Shown piece by piece: positions 20,781-26,177 of a stretch of DNA of 26,177 nucleotides (position 1 is the first letter of the stretch; the number at the start of each line of letters is the position of its first letter). Both the position numbers and the translations under genes were made by a program. The DNA comes from a virus (Duplodnaviria > Caudoviricetes): IMG/VR virus record IMGVR_UViG_3300037743_000139, positions 1 to 26,177 of that record; one strand, written 5' to 3'. The notes under the pieces were generated by a model, which was given only the letters and a program-made list of their open reading frames with translations, ran no database searches and was not told the origin of the DNA.

Positions 20781-21362
20781 AGCAATGATACACGACTGTG
20801 CACGATTGAAGGATGCGAGCGTACCAAGTGGGCAAGAGGTTACTGCGGAAGGCATTACCAGCGGTTTCGCACTTACGGTGACCCCATGTTCACCAAACTT
20901 CCCATGAAGGTCGACGGGACTCCAGAGGAACGTTTCTGGGCGAAGGTCAACGCTGACGGGGTGTGCTGGGAATGGATGGCTGCCACGGATCGGGGAGGCT
21001 ACGGGGTGTTCAACCCCTATGGCACGATCGTTCGTGCACATCGATTTGCGTGGGAAACACTGGTGGGTCCGATTCCTGAGGGCCTTCATATCGATCATTT
21101 GTGTAGAAACCGCATTTGTGTCTGTATTGACCACCTGGAGCCGGTTACGCCTGTGGTAAATCAAAGACGCAGCACCTCCGCTGTGCGACGAACAGTGCAG
21201 TCCGCTAATATCACACACTGCCCAGCGGGACATGAGTACAACGCAGAGAACACGCACGTCAACAAGCGGAATGGTGCGCGCAAGTGTCGAACATGCCACC
21301 GGGACAATGAGCGCAGGCGTAGGAACGAAAGACGAAAGGATACAGAAGATGACGCTCAGTAA
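20778..21362 (+). CDS. Free-standing HNH homing endonuclease (HNH_3-like)
   Basis: CTIEGC..RGYCGRHY; ERFWAKV..CWEW..GYG..AHR..GPIPEG..IDHLCRNR.C...HLEPVT; THCPAGHEY..CRTC; start at 20778 by analogy with copy 1 (20769 possible). Confidence 0.92.
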   Translation: MSNDTRLCTIEGCERTKWARGYCGRHYQRFRTYGDPMFTKLPMKVDGTPEERFWAKVNADGVCWEWMAATDRGGYGVFNPYGTIVRAHRFAWETLVGPIPEGLHIDHLCRNRICVCIDHLEPVTPVVNQRRSTSAVRRTVQSANITHCPAGHEYNAENTHVNKRNGARKCRTCHRDNERRRRNERRKDTEDDAQ

Positions 21363-23160
21363 TGTCAATTTGCACTTGATCGAGACGTTTGAGGACGCCG
21401 AAAATCTGCTCACTTGGTTGAGTAACGTTAAGGGTGATCGTGTCGCCTTCGACACGGAGGGTAGCGGCTTGTCGCCGGAGACTGACTTCGTTCGCATGTT
21501 CCAGATCGGCGACGAACAGGACGGGTTCGCTATTCCGTTCCTCGAATGGAAGGGCTTGGTACGCACCATCATCCAAAGGTGGCGCGGTCGTTGGGTCGGC
21601 TGGCACAGCAAATATGACTGCGCCATGCTGGCGGCAGAGGGCATCGACATGCCTACCCACATGGTCGATGACGGTCGGTTCGCTGCGCACATTGCAGACC
21701 CGACGAAATCAGTTGCTCTTAAGACGCAATCCGGCATCCACGTTGACGCGCGTGCTGCGTCGATGCAGAGTCAATTGAGCGAGGTCATGCGCTCAGGCGG
21801 GTGGACATGGGGAACGGTACCCATCGCCCCGACCGGTCCTGTAGCGGCATTTTGGACGTATGCAGCGCTCGACCCCGTGCTGACTCTTCGCACCTGGAAC
21901 CATCACGCTAAGACGGTGCTGGTGGACAGTCCTCGGGCGTATGACCTTGAGCTAGCAATCGGGTGGATCGTCAACTCAATGGAACGTAACGGCGTCATGG
22001 TCGACCGTGAGTACACGATGCAGCAGGAAAAGGAGTTCACGGCGCTGTACCACAACCTGTCCGATCGGGCTCACTCCGAATTCGGGGTTGACGCGGGGTC
22101 GAAAGATCAGGTTGTCAGCGTGCTTCTACGTGACGGTGTACCGCTGACGAAGCGGACCCCGGGAGGTGACTTCTCGCTCGACAAGGAAGTCATGGGAACG
22201 CTTGACCACCCACTTGCGAAGCTCATCAGTGAGCGTCGAAAGGTGGAAAAGCTCCGATCGACCTACCTTTCCAGGTTCCTAGAATTCTCAGAATCGGATA
22301 ATCGCATCCACCCTAGGATAAATAGTATCGGAGGGTCAGGAAAGACCGCAGGAGAGTCAGGAGGTCAGTTCGGGGTCAGAACGGGACGAATGAGCCTAGA
22401 ATCTCCGAACCTGCAACAGCTACCGCGAGGAGGTGACCCGCTGTCTTCCGTGATCCGCAACTGCATTGTTGCAGGTGAAGGCAAGACGTTGGTTTCTGTC
22501 GACTTCGACCAGGCGGAACTGCGTGTCATGGCGCATTTGTCCCGTGATCCCGGACTTGCGGCTGCATTCGCCGAGAAGGGTGACTTCTTTACGACGTTGA
22601 CGCGGCGCATCTACCACGATCCGAGGATCGTCAAGAGCGACCGACGCAGGCAGCTTACGAAGTCCTACGTGTTCGCCACGCTGTACGGAGCTGGTAACGA
22701 CAAGCTTGCCACCACCACGGGCGTACCGCTGGGAGAGGTCGAGGACTTGCAGCGTGAGTTCAACGCCGCTTACGTGGGGGTGCCCGAGTTCCAGAACGCT
22801 ATCCAGCGCGTAGCCAAGCAGCGGCAACGCGATGAGGGCACTCCATACGTGCGCTCACCGTTGACGCACCGCAAGTTCATCGGAGAGCAGGGCAAGGAAT
22901 ACAAGCTCGTCAATTTCATCATTCAGGGTACGTCAGCCGAAATCCTCAAGATGAAACTGTGTGAGATCGATGCTGCGGGGCTCGGAGACGCGATGCGACT
23001 TCCGATCCACGATGAAATTATTCTCGAAGTGGACGACGACGACGTGCCCGAAGCGGTGCATACACTCCGAGAGATTATGAACGACTCGACACTCTTGACA
23101 ATTCCCATCACTGCGGGAGTAGCCATCGGAAAGAAATGGGGCGAAAAGCGTGACATTTAG
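21349..23160 (+). CDS. polA: Family A DNA polymerase with 3'-5' exonuclease (603 aa)
   Basis: ExoI AFDTEGSGL, ExoII HSKYD, ExoIII YAALD, TGRMS..PNLQQ, motif A DFDQAELRVMAHLS, motif B R..TKSYVFATLYG, motif C IHDEI; ATG 21349 with RBS AAAGGA. Confidence 0.95.
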   Translation: MTLSNVNLHLIETFEDAENLLTWLSNVKGDRVAFDTEGSGLSPETDFVRMFQIGDEQDGFAIPFLEWKGLVRTIIQRWRGRWVGWHSKYDCAMLAAEGIDMPTHMVDDGRFAAHIADPTKSVALKTQSGIHVDARAASMQSQLSEVMRSGGWTWGTVPIAPTGPVAAFWTYAALDPVLTLRTWNHHAKTVLVDSPRAYDLELAIGWIVNSMERNGVMVDREYTMQQEKEFTALYHNLSDRAHSEFGVDAGSKDQVVSVLLRDGVPLTKRTPGGDFSLDKEVMGTLDHPLAKLISERRKVEKLRSTYLSRFLEFSESDNRIHPRINSIGGSGKTAGESGGQFGVRTGRMSLESPNLQQLPRGGDPLSSVIRNCIVAGEGKTLVSVDFDQAELRVMAHLSRDPGLAAAFAEKGDFFTTLTRRIYHDPRIVKSDRRRQLTKSYVFATLYGAGNDKLATTTGVPLGEVEDLQREFNAAYVGVPEFQNAIQRVAKQRQRDEGTPYVRSPLTHRKFIGEQGKEYKLVNFIIQGTSAEILKMKLCEIDAAGLGDAMRLPIHDEIILEVDDDDVPEAVHTLREIMNDSTLLTIPITAGVAIGKKWGEKRDI

Positions 23161-23647
23161 TGACAAAGTAACCATAGGTATCGACCCGGGGCTTACAACG
23201 GGCCTGTATCTGTACGGCACCGCGCGCGCTCGCAAGCTCGCCACCGCCGAACACATCGAAGTCCAGTACTTCCCGACGCACTTCGACGCGTTGCTGCGAC
23301 ACACGGTGAAGATGCTCAGCGCGGCTCAGGTGTCTATCGCTGTGGAGCGCTACATCATCACGCCGAAGACCGCGAAGCTCTCGCAGCAGACCGAGGCGCT
23401 TGAGGTCACCGGCATGGTGAAGGCGATCGCCGCGCTTCACGGCGTGAGCGACGTTCGCCAGTACGCGAAGGCGAATCTCAAATTCGCCAGTGACGACATG
23501 CTGAAAGCTGTCGGGTGGTCAACACCCGGGATGCGTCACGCCAACGACGCCGCCAGGCAGGCGTTCGCGATCCTCAAGGATGTGGACTATCCCCGCTGGT
23601 CAGAACTGGTGCGGAATGCTAGTATGGAACCTACGACGGAAGGATGA
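23150..23647 (+). CDS. ruvC: RuvC-like Holliday junction resolvase
   Basis: IGIDPGLTTG, IAVE, HANDAA acidic-residue spacing. Confidence 0.8.
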   Translation: MTFSDKVTIGIDPGLTTGLYLYGTARARKLATAEHIEVQYFPTHFDALLRHTVKMLSAAQVSIAVERYIITPKTAKLSQQTEALEVTGMVKAIAALHGVSDVRQYAKANLKFASDDMLKAVGWSTPGMRHANDAARQAFAILKDVDYPRWSELVRNASMEPTTEG

Positions 23648-23650
23648 ACG

Positions 23651-25570
23651 ATGAATGAGATCTATGCCGAACTCGGCGAAGACGACCGGATCACCCTGTT
23701 CAGCCGCAAGGCGAACGGGGATCCCGACGAAACGCTGTGGAACGACTCTTATCAGATCAAGATGATCCCTGGTAAGAAGTGGGACCGCAAGGCAAAGCGC
23801 TGGACGCTTCCGAAGTCGTATGCCGCGTGCATCGTGCTGCGCGAGCTGTTCGGGGACCGCATCGTTGTCGAACCGGAGCTTGCCGCTTGGGCGCGTTCTG
23901 AGCGGGAGCGTCGTAACGAAGTGCTGTCACTGCGTGAAGCGTTGTCGCTCGCAGGTAGCTCCGACTACACCAATGGGCACGACAACATCCTGTATCCGTT
24001 CCAGATCCCCGGGCGTGACTTTCTGGTCAAAGCACGCAGTGTGCTCCTGGGGGATCAAATGGGAGTTGGCAAGAGTTTTCAGACATTGTCGGCTGTTCGT
24101 GCTGTCGACATGATCGGAGAGGCTTACCCTGTTCTGATCGTCTGCCCTAACTCCCTGAAACGGAACTGGGAACGCGAGATCAAGCGGTGGCTGCCTGAGG
24201 CGAACCCGTTCGTGATTCAGGGCAGCGCCGCTAAGCGTCGCGTGCAGATCAACGAGGCTGCCGAAGCGGACAACGCCATCATCATCGTGAACATCGAAGC
24301 GATGAAGTTGCATTCCCGCCTGTCCTCCTACGGCTCGACGCGCCTCAAGCGGTGCATGGAGTGCGCCACCAAGACGCAGCCGGGCACGCCCGACTTGAAA
24401 GAGTCCGCCTGCGAGGTGCACGAGAAGGAACTCAACCGCATTCCGTTCAAGGTTTGTGTGCTTGATGAAGCACACAGAGTGAAGGACCCGCAAGCGCTCC
24501 AAACGCGTGCTATCTGGAACGTGTTTCACGGTCCGACTGTCGAATACCGCTGGGCGCTCACCGGCACACCAGTGGCGAACCACCCGGGTGACCTGTGGTC
24601 GATCGGGCACGCTATCGCGCCTGACGTGTTCCCCTCGAAGTCCGCCTTCATCGACCGGTACGCCCGTATCGAATACAACCACTTCGGCGGGATGTCGATC
24701 GTGGGCTTGAAGCCGGATACGAAAGCGGAGTTCTTCAAGATCCTTGACCCGCACTTCCGCCGCATGATTAAGGCCGATGTCCTCAAGCAGTTGCCCGACA
24801 AGGTGTTCATGCGACGTGATGTCGAGATGAGCCCCAAGCAGGCGAAGGCGTACAAGGACATCGAAAAGGAACTGGTCACGATTTTGGAGGACGGAACAGT
24901 CCTCGTAGCCAACGGGAATCTGGCGGGAGCTACCCGGTTGTTGCAGTTCGCGTCCGCTTATTGCGAGGTTGACCAGGGGGAGACTCCCGAGGACCCCGCC
25001 ACGTGGATCGTGTCGCTTACCGACAGCCCGAAGTCCTCGAAGATCGATGAACTCATGTCGATCATCGAAGACGAACCAGGCAAGCCGATGGTGATCGCCG
25101 CCGAACACCGACAGCTCATCGACCTTGCAGCGGCCCGCATGACCGACGCCGGTATCCCGTTCGCGCGGGTTACCGGTGGCGTGTCTGCGGACGAGCGGGA
25201 CGCTGCGGTGCAAGCGTTCCAGGATGGGAAGATCGACTATATCCTATTTACCTACAAGGCGGGCGGCGTCGGGCTCAACCTCACGCGCGCTGACACCATG
25301 GTTCGGTTGCAGCGAAGTTGGAGCATGATCGACTGCTTGCAGGGTGAAGACAGAATCCACCGCGTGGGGTCAGAGCAGCACGACGTCATTACCATCATTG
25401 ATCTTGTCGCCACGGGAACCATCGAAGAAGCGCAGCTAGATCGGCTGTCGGACAAGATGCGAAAAATGCAGGAAATCACGCGGGACATTGTGAAACTCAA
25501 GCGTCTCGGAAAGAACACGCGCGATCTTGAGTCGCAGGTATCGGAACTTACGGGAGGAACCCTGTTGTGA
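23651..25570 (+). CDS. SNF2-like (SF2) DNA helicase
   Basis: DQMGVGKS, LIVCP.SL..NW..EI..W, LDEAH, ALTGTP..N...DLWS, SSKID.L, AGGVGLNL..A, QGEDRIHRVG. Confidence 0.93.
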   Translation: MNEIYAELGEDDRITLFSRKANGDPDETLWNDSYQIKMIPGKKWDRKAKRWTLPKSYAACIVLRELFGDRIVVEPELAAWARSERERRNEVLSLREALSLAGSSDYTNGHDNILYPFQIPGRDFLVKARSVLLGDQMGVGKSFQTLSAVRAVDMIGEAYPVLIVCPNSLKRNWEREIKRWLPEANPFVIQGSAAKRRVQINEAAEADNAIIIVNIEAMKLHSRLSSYGSTRLKRCMECATKTQPGTPDLKESACEVHEKELNRIPFKVCVLDEAHRVKDPQALQTRAIWNVFHGPTVEYRWALTGTPVANHPGDLWSIGHAIAPDVFPSKSAFIDRYARIEYNHFGGMSIVGLKPDTKAEFFKILDPHFRRMIKADVLKQLPDKVFMRRDVEMSPKQAKAYKDIEKELVTILEDGTVLVANGNLAGATRLLQFASAYCEVDQGETPEDPATWIVSLTDSPKSSKIDELMSIIEDEPGKPMVIAAEHRQLIDLAAARMTDAGIPFARVTGGVSADERDAAVQAFQDGKIDYILFTYKAGGVGLNLTRADTMVRLQRSWSMIDCLQGEDRIHRVGSEQHDVITIIDLVATGTIEEAQLDRLSDKMRKMQEITRDIVKLKRLGKNTRDLESQVSELTGGTLL

Positions 25571-26040
25571 CACGGAGATACCCGCCCGTGAAGACGTTCT
25601 TTTACCGAAACGTCGCACTACCTGATGAAAACGGATGCATGTTGTGGACGCGTTCACTGACACACGATGGTTACGCGCAGTTCCGATCGAAGAGGTATCC
25701 AGGGTACTACGCCCACCGTATGGCTTACGAGCTTATGGTAGGACCCATCCCGGAAGGCTTGCAGCTAGATCATCTCTGTAAGGTTCGAAACTGCGTGACG
25801 CCAGATCATCTTGAACCGGTAACGCACGCGGAGAACACGCGTCGAAGTGACGCGGGTAAGCTTGCTGGCGCGAGACAACGAGCAAAAACTCATTGCCCGC
25901 ACGGACATGAGTACACGCCGAAAAATACCGGAGTGTACAAAGGCCGTAGGCACTGCAAGAAATGCAAGTTGATTCGCGCACTTGCGTGGCAGAAGGCAAA
26001 GAGGGAGGCGAAAGTCAATGAGTCCGTCGCTACGGTATGA
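25567..26040 (+). CDS. Free-standing HNH homing endonuclease lacking the N-terminal Zn finger
   Basis: GCMLW..DGY..AHRMAYEL.VGPIPEGLQLDHLC.VR.CV.PDHLEPVTHAEN; KTHCPHGHEY..CKKC; GTGA-coupled to the helicase. Confidence 0.92.
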   Translation: MTRRYPPVKTFFYRNVALPDENGCMLWTRSLTHDGYAQFRSKRYPGYYAHRMAYELMVGPIPEGLQLDHLCKVRNCVTPDHLEPVTHAENTRRSDAGKLAGARQRAKTHCPHGHEYTPKNTGVYKGRRHCKKCKLIRALAWQKAKREAKVNESVATV

Positions 26041-26177
26041 CGATGAACGCGCAACGCCCGAGTACATCGCCAAAGAGAAGAAACGCAAGCGCATCGCGAA
26101 CCTCAGAACGTTCGTGGAACGCTGGGCACCGAGGTACGAGGCCGAAGTGAAGGAGGAGAGGGAACGTGCGAAGATTC
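26018..26177 (+). CDS. Hypothetical protein, runs off window
   Basis: RBS GGGAGG; MSPSLRYDDERATPEYIAKEKKRKR... open to the edge. Confidence 0.6.
   Translation, partial: MSPSLRYDDERATPEYIAKEKKRKRIANLRTFVERWAPRYEAEVKEERERAKI

Noticed and set aside
21232-21348. Longer polA start at 21232
   Set aside because: It lies deep in the HNH gene; ATG 21349 has a proper AAAGGA RBS.
20778-21362. HNH genes as parts of group I introns or inteins, or as IscB/HEARO elements
   Set aside because: terL, polA and the helicase are uninterrupted, no splicing motifs are seen, and the HNH proteins lack RuvC and PLMP features; the leader is far shorter than an omega RNA.
26166-26177. Probable start of a next gene (GTG CGA AGA TTC after GGAGGAGAGG)
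   Set aside because: Only four codons are visible, so no product can be assigned.

Overview
A GC-rich slice of a tailed actinobacteriophage (or prophage) genome; the host is probably a filamentous actinomycete, judging by a BldC-like gene and HrdB/SigA-type promoters. From left to right: an endolysin that runs off the window edge (missed by the ORF track), the large terminase, about 8 kb of tiny accessory genes arranged as promoter-gene-terminator cassettes, a probable small terminase, a 12-iteron replication origin, a D5/P4-like helicase and a separate prim-pol primase, more small genes including a BldC-like regulator, then DNA polymerase A, a RuvC-like resolvase and an SNF2-like helicase. 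Three related free-standing HNH endonuclease genes sit next to terL, polA and the helicase. Most notable: (i) two HNH genes share a gapless 45-nt leader with three compensatory base-pair changes plus an RBS-enclosing hairpin; (ii) the three core genes beside the HNHs carry patches of A/T-ending synonymous codons, several on conserved motifs, consistent with homing-endonuclease target escape; (iii) a promoter family has a dyad folded over the -35/spacer, a fixed-distance AGAAA element and a 20-nt start-associated leader; (iv) an H-type pseudoknot lies in a 5' leader. No tRNA, rRNA, CRISPR array or integrase was seen. All calls are by-eye motif recognition, with no database search.
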